This document shows positions 1 to 9,831 of a DNA stretch of 51,129 nt, one piece after another (within the stretch, counting starts at the first letter, position 1; each line of letters starts with the position of its first letter). Position numbers and translations under genes: made by a program. The notes under the pieces are model-generated. The model did not search any database, had not been told where the DNA came from, and saw only the letters and a program-made list of their open reading frames with translations. This DNA is from Actinomycetota bacterium (lineage in GTDB: Bacteria > Margulisbacteria > Marinamargulisbacteria > GCA-2716485), in contig PBBE01000005.1 in assembly GCA_002716485.1 (NCBI GenBank), positions 1 through 51,129 on the forward strand. Direction: 5' to 3'.

Positions 1-72
1 TATAGTTGTCTTATGGGTGTCTGTCTATCTTTGTATTGACTAATGATTCTTTACTTTTATACTATAGGCTTG

Positions 73-798
73 ATGACGAAATTAAGTGTAAATGTGAATA
101 AAATTGCTTTATTGCGAAATGCCCGCGGCCAAAATCAACCGGATTTATTGGCCTTTTCGCGTCAGTGTTTGGACTTGGGAGCTCAAGGAATTACAGCTCA
201 TCCACGACCTGATCAACGGCATATTCGCTATGATGATCTTTCTTTATTATCGGGCTTGTTGCAAGGGGTTGCTTCGGCAGAGTTTAATATTGAAGGGTAT
301 CCGTCTGAGACTTTTATTGAGGCAGTGCTTCATGCGCGCCCTGACCAGGTCACTTTGGTACCAGATCCACCAGAAGCATTAACGTCTTCTTTTGGATGGC
401 GTTTGCCTGAGCAGATGGACTTGTTAATTCCGGTGATTCGTCGATTTAAAGCCGCCGGGATCCGGGTTTCAATTTTTGTGGATCCTGATATGGACTTAAT
501 TGCCTATTTGCCTCTGCTAGAGACTGATCGGGTGGAACTATATACCTATGATTATGTTCATCAATATGAGGCGGGTCCTGAGTCTGCCATTGCCCCTTTT
601 AAATCCTTTGCAAAGGCGGTATCTGAGTTGGGGATTGGGATGAATGCTGGCCATGACCTTAATTTGGATAATTTGCGGTATTTGGTCACTGAGATTCCTC
701 AGATTCAAGAGGTTTCCATCGGGCATGCCTTGGTAGGTGATGCCCTTCAATTGGGCTTGCCAGCCACGATTGAGGCTTATTTGGCTTGTCTAAAATAA
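73..798 (+). CDS. pdxJ: Pyridoxine 5'-phosphate synthase
   Basis: ORF 43..798. Translation from the internal ATG at 73 (MTKLSVNVNKIALLRNARG...ITAHPRPDQRHI...GHAL) matches the PdxJ family opening and its HPRxDxRH signature. About 241 aa is typical for the family. Confidence 0.9.
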   Translation: MTKLSVNVNKIALLRNARGQNQPDLLAFSRQCLDLGAQGITAHPRPDQRHIRYDDLSLLSGLLQGVASAEFNIEGYPSETFIEAVLHARPDQVTLVPDPPEALTSSFGWRLPEQMDLLIPVIRRFKAAGIRVSIFVDPDMDLIAYLPLLETDRVELYTYDYVHQYEAGPESAIAPFKSFAKAVSELGIGMNAGHDLNLDNLRYLVTEIPQIQEVSIGHALVGDALQLGLPATIEAYLACLK

Positions 799-808
799 GG
801 GGCGCTTC

Positions 809-1402
809 TTATTCAATTAGGACAAATTGGATGGGGTAAATTAGTTTAACTTTGACGGGCTGATCATTTTGTTTGATGGGGGTGAATCGGAGTTTGTTAA
901 CGGCTCGTAAGGCACTTTCTTCGAATCCGTAGTCAGGTTGGGAGTTGTGGAGGATCTTGCTATGGGCTACCCGGCCTTTTTCATCGATAATGACTTCCAC
1001 ATATAATTGCGCTTCGATTCCTGCTTTTTTGGCCACTTCTGGGTATTGGGGGAGGATGGGTTGGATGGGGGTCACAGCCTGATTAAGTTGGGTGGCATGG
1101 ACAGTGGGGGGTGGGGTTTCTTGGATGTTAGGGCTGGGAATACTGGCGGTTTTTTTACTGGGTGGGGGTGGCTGTTTGGGAGGCGCTTTTTTGGGAGGGG
1201 GTTTTTTGATGGGCTTTGGTTGTGGCTTTTTGATGGGCTTTTTGGGGCTTGTTTTGGGCTTTTTGAGTTGAATTTGGTACATCTGGACGGGTTTGTTCAG
1301 TAGATCAAAGGGGTTGATCTTGTCGGTATGCATGAGGGCAATGCCATGTAAGATCATCATAAATATTCCAAGGGATAAGGGGAGTAGACCCGTATTGATC
1401 AT
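809..1402 (-). CDS. tonB: TonB family energy transducer (copy 1)
   Basis: 197 aa with an N-terminal TM helix and a Pro/Lys-rich spacer (KKPKTSPKKPIKKPQPKPIKKPPPKKAPPKQPPPP). The C-terminus has a TonB_C-like block (YPEVAKKAGIEAQLYVEVIIDEKGRV...LRFTP). It overlaps the upstream exbD by 4 bp. Confidence 0.8.
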   Translation of the reverse strand: MINTGLLPLSLGIFMMILHGIALMHTDKINPFDLLNKPVQMYQIQLKKPKTSPKKPIKKPQPKPIKKPPPKKAPPKQPPPPSKKTASIPSPNIQETPPPTVHATQLNQAVTPIQPILPQYPEVAKKAGIEAQLYVEVIIDEKGRVAHSKILHNSQPDYGFEESALRAVNKLRFTPIKQNDQPVKVKLIYPIQFVLIE

Positions 1403-1800
1403 GGCAAGATTTCTTCAGCAACGGCCACTTTTTGGATGCCTATTTTTTTACAGAGATCTAGGGCGGTAATGGTGTGTTTTAAGGCGGATTCTTTATCGGC
1501 CATGAGCATGACTTGAAGTTGGGGTTGTTGTTTGAAACGGGCGTTTAATTTATCTTCGAGCTCGGGAGGGGTATAGGTTTTTTCTTTGATGACATACTCT
1601 CCTTTGGCACTCACTCCTATGATGAGGTGTTGGGGGGGGAGTTGGTCTGGGGTAGTGGCACTGGGCTTTTGGATTTCAATACCAGGTAGTTTACTAAACG
1701 TGGTTGAGACCACAAAAAAGATTAATAAAATAAAGATCATGTCCAATAATGGGGCGATACTTAATTTGGCTTTTTTGCTTTTTCGTTGGGTTTTGAACAC
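1399..1800 (-). CDS. exbD: ExbD/TolR biopolymer transport protein (copy 1)
   Basis: 133 aa with a single N-terminal TM segment (IAPLLDMIFILLIFFVV) and an ExbD-type periplasmic domain. It lies between exbB and tonB. Confidence 0.85.
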   Translation of the reverse strand: MFKTQRKSKKAKLSIAPLLDMIFILLIFFVVSTTFSKLPGIEIQKPSATTPDQLPPQHLIIGVSAKGEYVIKEKTYTPPELEDKLNARFKQQPQLQVMLMADKESALKHTITALDLCKKIGIQKVAVAEEILP

Positions 1801-1802
1801 GC

Positions 1803-2429
1803 TTAGTTACCCTGCTTGAGTTGATGTTGGGCAAAGATAATCGCGGAGCCAGCCAAGCGCATGAGTTTGGCTTGGTATTCGATTTGATTATTTAATAAGG
1901 TATATAAAAATAAGGTGGGAATCCCAAATAGTAGGCCCAGTTCAGTGGTGAGTAGTGCTTCGGAGATGCCGCCGGCTAAGGCTTGGGGGTCTCCGGCCCC
2001 AAAGACAGTTAATGCTTTAAAGACATTGATCATACCGGACACGGTTCCTAGTAGCCCAATCATTGGTAAAATTTCACCTAAAATGAGGATGATGGACATC
2101 ATTTTATCTAGTTGATGCAGTTCAGATTCATAGATCATTTCTAAGCGGTCTTTAATGGGCTGTTCTTTGAGTCCGTTTTTGAGGTGGGTGATGCCATTTT
2201 TGAGTATGGCTTCGGTAGGACCTTCTTTATCAAGTTTTTCAATGGCTTTATCAAATTCTTGGTTTTTAATGAGCATGCGGACGGGGTTAATGGGGTTATG
2301 ATGTTTATAATGGTAGGCCAATCGATATAGTTGGGTGGCTTTAATGGCGATTAAGTAAAGACTAAAAAAGGCAACTACTAATAGGGGCCACATAAAGATG
2401 CCCCCCTTTTGGATAAAGTCTAAGATCAT
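1803..2429 (-). CDS. exbB: ExbB/TolQ/MotA-family proton channel (copy 1)
   Basis: 208 aa with three predicted TM segments. It carries the conserved C-terminal channel motif GLLGTVSGMINVF...GGISEALLTTELGL. Confidence 0.85.
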   Translation of the reverse strand: MILDFIQKGGIFMWPLLVVAFFSLYLIAIKATQLYRLAYHYKHHNPINPVRMLIKNQEFDKAIEKLDKEGPTEAILKNGITHLKNGLKEQPIKDRLEMIYESELHQLDKMMSIILILGEILPMIGLLGTVSGMINVFKALTVFGAGDPQALAGGISEALLTTELGLLFGIPTLFLYTLLNNQIEYQAKLMRLAGSAIIFAQHQLKQGN

Positions 2430-2456
2430 TTTTTTTACCTCCTGGTGATAGTTCTA

Positions 2457-4805
2457 TTATAAAATAACTTTGATTCCAAAAATAGGGATTCGGGGTAAGT
2501 CATAAATATAGGTGTTTTTTTCTTCTTCTTTATTCCAAAAGATACTGATTTCGTTTTGGATGTTTAAGAGGTTAGATAGTCCAACGATTAAAGCGGCGTT
2601 CGCGTTCCAATATGAATATATGCCGACCTTCTTTTTAGAAACTGGGATAAATGGGATGGGGAAAATAATTTTGTTAATGGGTTTTTCGATCCATAGATCT
2701 ATTCTAAAGTAAGGACTAAAGCGTTTTTGGTCGCCATAAGTATAGCTGATGCCACTTGAGTCAGATTCTTGGTTACTGTTAGTAATGGGGGTGTATAGCT
2801 GACCACTTTTTGCAATAATAGTGGTGATAATATGGGCGGGGCGTGCATTATTTTTGAGTGTTATTTTTCGGTCGAGGTATAAGTTGAACATATGGGTGAG
2901 GTCAAATTCAGGGGTTATCCATTCGTTGGTGTTTTTACGTTCAGTTTTGGAGTAGGTATAATTGATCCAGCCGACTTGTTTTTCTCCTGAGGGCTGATGA
3001 AACATTAGCTCCAAGCCATGGGCGCGGCCTACGCCGGTATTGGTGTATTTTTCGCGAGGAAATGTCAACTTATTAATAGGGAGTCGTTGGTAATCTTTAT
3101 AAAATAACTCTGCTTTAATGAGTTGATTGGGACTAAGATAGTGTTCGATTCCGGATCCGTAATGAGTAGTGGTGCTCATTTGAATATCACTTAAGCTGGA
3201 GCTAATGTCGGTGGGGTTGCTGAGATCTTTAATATCGCTATCAATTTTGAATAGTTGTTGGGAATAGTGTCCAATGTAGCTTTTAAGGGTGGTGTTGGGC
3301 CCGAATTGTCGACGATAAGAGAGTCGTGGTTGAAGAGACTTAGATAAGTTGAAGTCATTAATTTTGACGGTATCTAATCGAAGGCCTAAAGTTAATTGGT
3401 CTTTTGCTGAGAGTTGCCATTTGTCTTCTAGAAACCCCGATATAATATTGACTTGGCTGTTTGGACTGGTGTTCAGTTTGAAATTAAGGGTTGAGATGAC
3501 TTGGTTGTCATCCACTATTTCATTAGGGTCAGGTGCAGATGCGGGGCGGGTATATTCATAGATGCTATTGGGTTGGGTAATGTAGACTTGGACGCCGGTA
3601 TTAATGGCATGGGCTTCATTGGCTTGATAAGTAATCTCATGAAGCCAGGTAAGGCTTTTGGTATTGTTTTGGGTTTTTAAATTAAGTTCACTGGTTAAGA
3701 AGCTATAAGACTTGCTTTCTTCGTAGCTAATGCTATTTAATAAAAATAAGTTTTTAGAGATCATCCAGTCACTTTCTAAGCTTAAGAAATTACGTTGTTG
3801 ATCGTATTTGAAGACGCCAAGGGTCTCATTTTCGACCTCTTCATCGGAATCAAATGCGTCGGTTGAGAATTCGGCGCCATCTTGGAAAAATCGATAGGCG
3901 ATTTGGTGGGTTAAGCTGGGGGATGGAAAAAAACTGAGTTTCCCTTCAATGGATCGAAAGAATGGTAAATTAAAGGTGCCTTTGGACTCGAGTATTTTGG
4001 ATATAAGGAATTGGTAATAGGTTTGTCGGACACTGATTGCATAGCTACTACGGCCCTTTTTGATGGGGCCGGTGAATACACTACTTAGATCTGTTAAGTT
4101 GATGTTAAGGTCTGCTTTTCGGGTTTCGTCATTTCCATCTTTGGTGTTGACGACTAAGATACCGGATAAGCTTTGGCCATATCGGGCAGGGAAGCCACCG
4201 GGAAAAAAATCAAAGTTATCGGCAAATTTAGGGTTAAAAATGGAGACGCCGCCACCAAAAAAAAAGGGCTGGTAGATGGGGATTCGGTCTAAAATGCCTA
4301 CGACTTCGCTTCGGTCTCCACCTCGGATATAAAGGGAGGCATCAAAGGTGCTAGATGAAGCGACCCCTGGCAGTAGTTGGACGCTTTTAATAACATCTGA
4401 GAACAAGCTGCTTTCAGAGAGGCGCTGAATCGCGTCTTCATCGATATTATAGTAAGCAATTTTTTCAGTTTCTCTATTGGCAATGACTTGTTGGATATTG
4501 GCCGTAATATTGGTTTGTAAGCGTAGTTCAAGAATAATATGGGTGTTTTGGGTGATGGTTATTTCTTTTTTTAAGGGGCCATAGCCGTTTGCTTTAACGG
4601 TGATTTGTTGGGTGCCACTGGGGACTGTAAAAGAAAAAGACCCGTTGTTATCACTTTTTTGTTCTTGGTTTTGTTCAAGGGTGACTTGAGCATTGGGAAT
4701 GGGAATGGGGGTGTTTTCAATTTGGACGGTCCCAGTGAGTGTGAGCCCCCAAAGGGGGTGATGAAGAAGTAAAAGAAAAATTAGGACCATACTTTTGAGG
4801 CTCAT
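2457..4805 (-). CDS. TonB-dependent outer-membrane receptor with an N-terminal carboxypeptidase-regulatory-like domain
   Basis: 782 aa with a signal peptide and an N-terminal beta-sandwich (LTGTVQIENTPIPIPNAQVTLEQNQEQKSDNNGSFSF). A plug-like block follows (LLPGVASSSTFDASLYIRGGDRSEVVGILDRIPIY), then a long strand-rich barrel. It is the first gene of the exbB-exbD-tonB operon. Confidence 0.75.
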   Translation of the reverse strand: MSLKSMVLIFLLLLHHPLWGLTLTGTVQIENTPIPIPNAQVTLEQNQEQKSDNNGSFSFTVPSGTQQITVKANGYGPLKKEITITQNTHIILELRLQTNITANIQQVIANRETEKIAYYNIDEDAIQRLSESSLFSDVIKSVQLLPGVASSSTFDASLYIRGGDRSEVVGILDRIPIYQPFFFGGGVSIFNPKFADNFDFFPGGFPARYGQSLSGILVVNTKDGNDETRKADLNINLTDLSSVFTGPIKKGRSSYAISVRQTYYQFLISKILESKGTFNLPFFRSIEGKLSFFPSPSLTHQIAYRFFQDGAEFSTDAFDSDEEVENETLGVFKYDQQRNFLSLESDWMISKNLFLLNSISYEESKSYSFLTSELNLKTQNNTKSLTWLHEITYQANEAHAINTGVQVYITQPNSIYEYTRPASAPDPNEIVDDNQVISTLNFKLNTSPNSQVNIISGFLEDKWQLSAKDQLTLGLRLDTVKINDFNLSKSLQPRLSYRRQFGPNTTLKSYIGHYSQQLFKIDSDIKDLSNPTDISSSLSDIQMSTTTHYGSGIEHYLSPNQLIKAELFYKDYQRLPINKLTFPREKYTNTGVGRAHGLELMFHQPSGEKQVGWINYTYSKTERKNTNEWITPEFDLTHMFNLYLDRKITLKNNARPAHIITTIIAKSGQLYTPITNSNQESDSSGISYTYGDQKRFSPYFRIDLWIEKPINKIIFPIPFIPVSKKKVGIYSYWNANAALIVGLSNLLNIQNEISIFWNKEEEKNTYIYDLPRIPIFGIKVIL

Positions 4806-4893
4806 ATTGAATTTGATTGTAGCTTTTGGATGGGGATCTGTCTATATTTTTGGGTTCTTTTTTTTTTAAAGAAATTTAGTTACTATAGTGGGT

Positions 4894-6591
4894 ATGAAAA
4901 ATTTAATTGCTGTGATGATGCTGGGGTTCCTTTTTGCTGGCCAATTTTCGGGGCAGGTTTTTGCTAATGACTATCAACGTAAATCCATTAGCCAGGTTCA
5001 GGTATTAGTTTCTAATAATGGTGTCTCATCTAAGAACGCGTCTTTGTCGGCGTCTCTTCTTGATGCCCAATTGACGTCTAAATTGAATTTGCCACGATTT
5101 GATATTAACCCTATTCCTGATGCGGCTTTAACCTCTTTTAATCAGGCCGTTAGTGAGTGGTCTGAATTGGATAGTCAACAGATTCAAAGGGCCATTTCGC
5201 AGTATTTGCAACCCGAACTGAGTCGTATTTTAAATGATCCTTTGGTTCAGCAGCGTCGAATGGGTCGTCAGAATGCCCAGGAGAATAAGATGGACTTGGC
5301 TAGTACTAAGGGTCAGTCTTCGGGGATGGTTTTATCGGATTATGAATGGCTTATGAATGCGGCGTTTGTGGCTGTTCCGTATATTAAAGAGCGGTCTTTT
5401 TCGGTATTGACGGAAGATGTTGAGTGTGTTGTTGATGGTGGGATATTATGGTACCAGTTTCAAGATGATGGCCAAGGGAATCAAATGATGGTTTTGGTGG
5501 CAGATACTCAGAGTACGATGAAGGGGTATTCAAGTTTTAAATTACCGAAAGATAAAAAGAAACGTCGTCAATATAACATTCCGAGTTCGGTGTATCGTAA
5601 AGCGCAAGATAAGGCATTGCGTATTTGGATAACGGATCTTTCAGTAAAGGTGCGTCAATTGCCCCAGTTTCGGTTGTCAGGAACTGTATTATCGGTACAA
5701 GGGCGTGTTTATGATATGAACTTAGGGGTTAAAGATGGGGTCAAGATGGACGATTCTTTTTTATTGTATGAAATGGTGGAAACAAGTAAGGGGATTTATC
5801 CCAAGCGTAAAGGGTATTTGCAAGTATTACAGGTGGGGCAAGTTGAGGGTGAAACGCAATCGGTTTCTCGGCTTGTTCAGCGATTAGGTCAAACAAGAGG
5901 GGCAGGGGGTTGGCTTGAGGAATATGCGCGGACTGGACTTGATTTTCAGCCCGTTTTTTTGAAAAAAGAAGGGCTTTCAGTGCCTTATCAAAGCTTGATA
6001 TTAACGGAGAGAAATGGGGGCTTATTACCTATATTAAACTCTGATGTATCTCGTGGCTATGGGGTGATGGGGCGTTTATCGTATAATTTAGCGCCTTGGG
6101 TGAATGTATCCCAACTTTTTGTTTATTTAAGGGGCCAATCCTTGGTTTTAGATGCATCAGTATCTGAGGGGGTGAGTGGGATACCGTATCTTCGGTCGGC
6201 ATATGGTGGTCTGATTAAAAAGTGGTGGTGGCGGGGTCAAAATGTTTATTTGGGGGTAGGTTTGGGGTCGGACGAGCTTCGTTTTAAAGGAAGCTTAGGG
6301 GCGAAGAGCATTGAATTAAAGGCGCGTAGCCTAGGGGCATCGATTCTTTTGGGGGCGGAGCGCTTGTTGGGTCCCAATTTATCATTATCTGCTTATGCTG
6401 CGTGGCAAGCCAATTTGGCTGTGACAGGGGGTCATTATCACATTGGTGATGACCGTTGGGATTGGTCTGATATTAAGGAGACGTCAACATTTTCAGACCT
6501 TAAATTAGGCGGTGCTAGTATTGGGTTTGGATTAAACTATAGTATTTCGTCGTTTTCGGGTGTCGTTAACGCTTTTTCTATTGTTTTTTGA
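4894..6591 (+). CDS. Exported protein of unknown function with a probable C-terminal outer-membrane beta-barrel
   Basis: ORF 4888..6591, with the first ATG at 4894. It has a signal peptide (LIAVMMLGFLFAGQFSGQVFA). The C-terminal third shows alternating hydrophobic strands and ends in ...NAFSIVF (terminal Phe, an OMP signature). I recognise no family. Confidence 0.55.
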   Translation: MKNLIAVMMLGFLFAGQFSGQVFANDYQRKSISQVQVLVSNNGVSSKNASLSASLLDAQLTSKLNLPRFDINPIPDAALTSFNQAVSEWSELDSQQIQRAISQYLQPELSRILNDPLVQQRRMGRQNAQENKMDLASTKGQSSGMVLSDYEWLMNAAFVAVPYIKERSFSVLTEDVECVVDGGILWYQFQDDGQGNQMMVLVADTQSTMKGYSSFKLPKDKKKRRQYNIPSSVYRKAQDKALRIWITDLSVKVRQLPQFRLSGTVLSVQGRVYDMNLGVKDGVKMDDSFLLYEMVETSKGIYPKRKGYLQVLQVGQVEGETQSVSRLVQRLGQTRGAGGWLEEYARTGLDFQPVFLKKEGLSVPYQSLILTERNGGLLPILNSDVSRGYGVMGRLSYNLAPWVNVSQLFVYLRGQSLVLDASVSEGVSGIPYLRSAYGGLIKKWWWRGQNVYLGVGLGSDELRFKGSLGAKSIELKARSLGASILLGAERLLGPNLSLSAYAAWQANLAVTGGHYHIGDDRWDWSDIKETSTFSDLKLGGASIGFGLNYSISSFSGVVNAFSIVF

Positions 6592-6690
6592 TGGAGTATC
6601 CAGTTTGTTTTGAGTCTGGTTTCTGGTAGAAATGAGTGCGTTGTAGTAAGGTGATAGAGTATTAAGTATATAATACTAGGAGGTTTTTTT

Positions 6691-7977
6691 ATGAGGATTA
6701 TTAATGTCTTTCGAATAGGATGTGTGTTGTTAATGTTGGGCTCTGCGGTGCATGCGGTTGTTCCGATTGCTAAACAGGCCGTTCTTCAAGAAGCAGCATC
6801 CAGCTCAGAAGTTGTGGTGTTGGCGACAGGTATTTATCATACGCAAGGAACTAAGGCATGGACTAAAAAACGTGATGTTCGTAAAAATGGGTTAAAAAAT
6901 GCCCTTTTAGATGCCAAGCGATCGGCCTTATATGTGTTGTTGTTTTCGGGGACGGATCCGTTGTTACAAACGAAGGATTCAGAGTTAAGATTTTCGGCGA
7001 TTTCAGAGATGTTTTACTCGTCATCGGTGATGAGTGATTTTATTGTTTTTGAAGGAAGGTCGCCCAAAGAGAAAATTTTAATGAATAATGAGACCAGTTT
7101 AAAGGTTCTCTTGGAACTACGGATTAATCGTGAGCGCTTACGATCTTACTTGGAAGAACAAGGGGTATTAGAAAAGCGCGAGTCTTTGGTAGAAAAGATG
7201 GGGCGGCCGATGTTAATGGTCTTGCCACAAGCAAAGGGAGAGCAAAGTCCCTTGGCTTTATTAAGTCAAGATGAGAACTTGGGTCATGCGGCGGGTGTGA
7301 TTCAAAGCGCTTTAACTTCACGTCAGTATGAGGTGGTGTTACCTGACCAGATTAAAATGATTCAAGAGCTTAGTTCGGGTCAGTATCAATTAAGTGATTC
7401 TGGGGTGGATATGAGTTATCAATTGGCCATGTCGGTGGGCAGTGACTTGTATTTGGATTATCAAGTGACTCAGTCTGAGTCGGATTATGATACGCAGCAA
7501 TTTGCGGTTTCGATTCGGGCCTTTGAGACCACAACCGGTCGGTTACTGGGCGCTGAGACGGGATACTCTGAGATGCGTAAAGGGGCTGATTTTTTATCGA
7601 TTGAAGAAGCGGTTCAAAATTCTCTAGATCAGGTTCTGTCACGGATTATGAACTATTGGAAGACGGACTTGGTGAAAGGGGGCCAGTATAAAGTGTTGGT
7701 TCGGATTCCGGATAATATATTTGATAGGTCTGAACTTGAACAGGTTCAAGATTCTATGTTGGATGTTTTATCTTCGATGAGTAATTATACTAAAGAGTCA
7801 TTGATTACCAATGCGACCATGGATTTAATTATATGGTGTGATGTGGATCGATATTCAACACCCAGAAAAGTCTATCGCGCGATTCGGGATCAATTTAATT
7901 TAGTGAATAATCGTGCAAGGTTGGTTTTAGTGAATCAGAATCGTAAATTGGTGTTAATGACCTTGGAAGCCATTTAG
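6691..7977 (+). CDS. Exported protein of unknown function, possibly with LpoB/FlgO/TolB-N-like alpha/beta units
   Basis: 428 aa. AGGAGG lies 7 nt upstream of the ATG, and a signal peptide is present (CVLLMLGSAVHA). It contains strand-helix units such as VVVLATGIYH...ALLDAKRSALYVLLF and PMLMVLPQAKGEQ...AAGVIQSALTSRQYEVVLP. The fold assignment comes only from pattern recognition. Confidence 0.45.
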   Translation: MRIINVFRIGCVLLMLGSAVHAVVPIAKQAVLQEAASSSEVVVLATGIYHTQGTKAWTKKRDVRKNGLKNALLDAKRSALYVLLFSGTDPLLQTKDSELRFSAISEMFYSSSVMSDFIVFEGRSPKEKILMNNETSLKVLLELRINRERLRSYLEEQGVLEKRESLVEKMGRPMLMVLPQAKGEQSPLALLSQDENLGHAAGVIQSALTSRQYEVVLPDQIKMIQELSSGQYQLSDSGVDMSYQLAMSVGSDLYLDYQVTQSESDYDTQQFAVSIRAFETTTGRLLGAETGYSEMRKGADFLSIEEAVQNSLDQVLSRIMNYWKTDLVKGGQYKVLVRIPDNIFDRSELEQVQDSMLDVLSSMSNYTKESLITNATMDLIIWCDVDRYSTPRKVYRAIRDQFNLVNNRARLVLVNQNRKLVLMTLEAI

Positions 7978-9300
7978 ATGATCAGGGGGCGTTTACTATG
8001 TATGATTGGGTTTGGGGTCTTATGGATGTTGGTCACCCCTGTTTTGGGCAGTCCAGATTGGTATTTAAATCCAGATAAGCTTTCAATTTCATCGAAAACT
8101 CATTTTATTGGCTTGGCTCAGGGGAATTCATATTCACAGGCCTTGCAATTGGCTCAAATGGATATCGCTTCTCAAATTGAAGTGTCAGTAAGCTCAGCGA
8201 TGACGATGAATGAGTATCGGGTGAATATGAACGCACAGTTTCATTCTTATCGCACTGATAAGGTGTCAGTTAAGTCGTACTTAGATCAGGTGATATTGGG
8301 GGCCCAGGTGCAAGAGCAAGTGGCTGAATTTGATCGTCATTATGTGGCGGTTTCCTTATCAAAGTCTCGGGTGATTAAGCGGCTAAATACGCAGTTGGGG
8401 ACATTGAAAAATCGTTTTGATGAACGTATGGTAGTGGCAAAAAAAATGTTGGCTAATCATGAGGTCCAAGACGCATTAACGTTGTTGCATGATCTGATAG
8501 ATATGCGACCTGAGATGACTCAAAAGATTCGTTTGTTAATGGGCCTTTCGGATCTAAAAGGGCTTGAAAAAATAGCCAAAGGTTTGGATCGGCCTGATTT
8601 ATTACAACAAAAGATAATGTTGAAATTGCGTACTGAAATTATTTCCGGTGATCAGCAGAGAGGTGTTTTAGGTTCGTTATTGCCTCTGCCGGTAAGGGTG
8701 AGTGTTAGGTATGCCGATCAGGTAGTGTTAGCTGGGATCAGGATTGAATTGCGCGATTCTCAAGGGCAGGTTCGAGGTGTTTCTTGGACCAATGCGGATG
8801 GGGTGGCCTCTTTTGATGTGGTGGCGATGTCAGGATATCATCAGGGTCAATTGAGTTTTTGTCCAGTGCTATCTAATGATAGACGAGCCAAAGGGTCGAA
8901 GTGGGCACGGCTTTATTATGAGATTGATCATCAATCTTTGGCGGGGGTTTCACGAATTGATATACAGGGCCTTTTGGAGGAAGAAGTTCCTGTGTTGCTT
9001 TTGCAAATTAAGACACAGTTGGTAGGTTGGGGCTTGGGGATTGTTTCGTCGTCACCTGAGCTTCATGTTCAGTTTTTGGAGATGAAAAAGACGTCGGTAA
9101 AGGGGCCCTCAGGGACCTTGGTCATTGCGGAAGTGCCAGTGGCATTGTCTTTGGTGTATCAGGGCAAGGTTCAAGCGCAATGGCAAGATCGGGTGAAGGG
9201 GATTTCAGAAACAGGTGATGGTGCAAGAAAAGAAGCGTTATCTCAATTTAAATTGGAAGAATGGTCGTTTTTTGATATGATTGCACGCTCAGAGCGTTAA
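7978..9300 (+). CDS. Exported LPP20-like protein with a carboxypeptidase-regulatory-like beta-sandwich
   Basis: 440 aa; the start codon directly abuts the upstream stop. After the signal peptide comes an LPP20-type opening (SPDWYLNP...HFIGLAQGNSYSQALQLAQMDIASQIEVSVSS). An internal segment VRVSVRYADQVVLAGIRIELRDSQGQVRGVSWTNADGVASFDV looks like a CarboxypepD_reg fold. Confidence 0.5.
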   Translation: MIRGRLLCMIGFGVLWMLVTPVLGSPDWYLNPDKLSISSKTHFIGLAQGNSYSQALQLAQMDIASQIEVSVSSAMTMNEYRVNMNAQFHSYRTDKVSVKSYLDQVILGAQVQEQVAEFDRHYVAVSLSKSRVIKRLNTQLGTLKNRFDERMVVAKKMLANHEVQDALTLLHDLIDMRPEMTQKIRLLMGLSDLKGLEKIAKGLDRPDLLQQKIMLKLRTEIISGDQQRGVLGSLLPLPVRVSVRYADQVVLAGIRIELRDSQGQVRGVSWTNADGVASFDVVAMSGYHQGQLSFCPVLSNDRRAKGSKWARLYYEIDHQSLAGVSRIDIQGLLEEEVPVLLLQIKTQLVGWGLGIVSSSPELHVQFLEMKKTSVKGPSGTLVIAEVPVALSLVYQGKVQAQWQDRVKGISETGDGARKEALSQFKLEEWSFFDMIARSER

Positions 9301-9317
9301 AATAAAGGAGTATGTAG

Positions 9318-9809
9318 ATGATAAGAAATTTTCAATGGGTGGGCATATTTGCAATGTTAGGGCTTTTATTTTGTACGGGTTGTTTTCAATCTGAGTTGAT
9401 GTTGGGTGAAGAAGTCGTGGTAGAGCGTCAATCGAGAAAAGTCCCTAAATGGGTTTTAGTTCCTCTTAAAAAAGATCGTAAATATTATTATTTTGTGGGT
9501 CAGGATAAGTCTCAGGATCAAGATCCTAAGTTTGCTTATCAAATGGCGCTTGCATCGGTTAGTGCCTTTGCGTCTACGAAAGTCACTGCTTTATATGAGA
9601 AATCTCAAGATGAAGGTCAGATTCAGATTAGGGATACCAATAAAAAATCAGTGATTAAAACCTTTTCGGAGTCTTTACTTAGTGGGGTGATCCATCAACG
9701 GACTTATTGGGAGAAAGTGAATAAACTAACTCCAACGGGCGTGGTTTCTTATTATCGAATGTATGTCTTAGTGGCGGTTCCCAAAGAGTTGGTAGACTCG
9801 GTTGAGTAA
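9318..9809 (+). CDS. Small lipoprotein, LPP20/FlgP-like
   Basis: 163 aa with an AAGGAG Shine-Dalgarno and a lipobox (LLFCTG-C). An LPP20-like core follows (VPKWVLVP...YYYFVGQDKSQ...FAYQMALASVSAFASTKV). Confidence 0.5.
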   Translation: MIRNFQWVGIFAMLGLLFCTGCFQSELMLGEEVVVERQSRKVPKWVLVPLKKDRKYYYFVGQDKSQDQDPKFAYQMALASVSAFASTKVTALYEKSQDEGQIQIRDTNKKSVIKTFSESLLSGVIHQRTYWEKVNKLTPTGVVSYYRMYVLVAVPKELVDSVE

Positions 9810-9831
9810 GTGGGCTTGATTAAGGAGTAAG

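Noticed and set aside
1090-1260. Dense G-runs on the + strand with G-quadruplex potential. A similar region lies at 39230..39430.
   Set aside because: The Pro/Lys-rich TonB spacers encoded on the opposite strand (CCN codons) fully explain them.
1007-1303. 98-aa + strand ORF antisense to tonB1. Similar antisense or out-of-frame ORFs occur at 19350..19772, 22730..23098, 24636..24968, 46307..46735, 46806..47165 and 48044..48388.
   Set aside because: All lie fully inside well-supported genes. Their Gly/Trp/Phe-rich (+) or Pro/Ser/His-rich (-) composition is what the strand bias produces in any open frame. None has a family resemblance.
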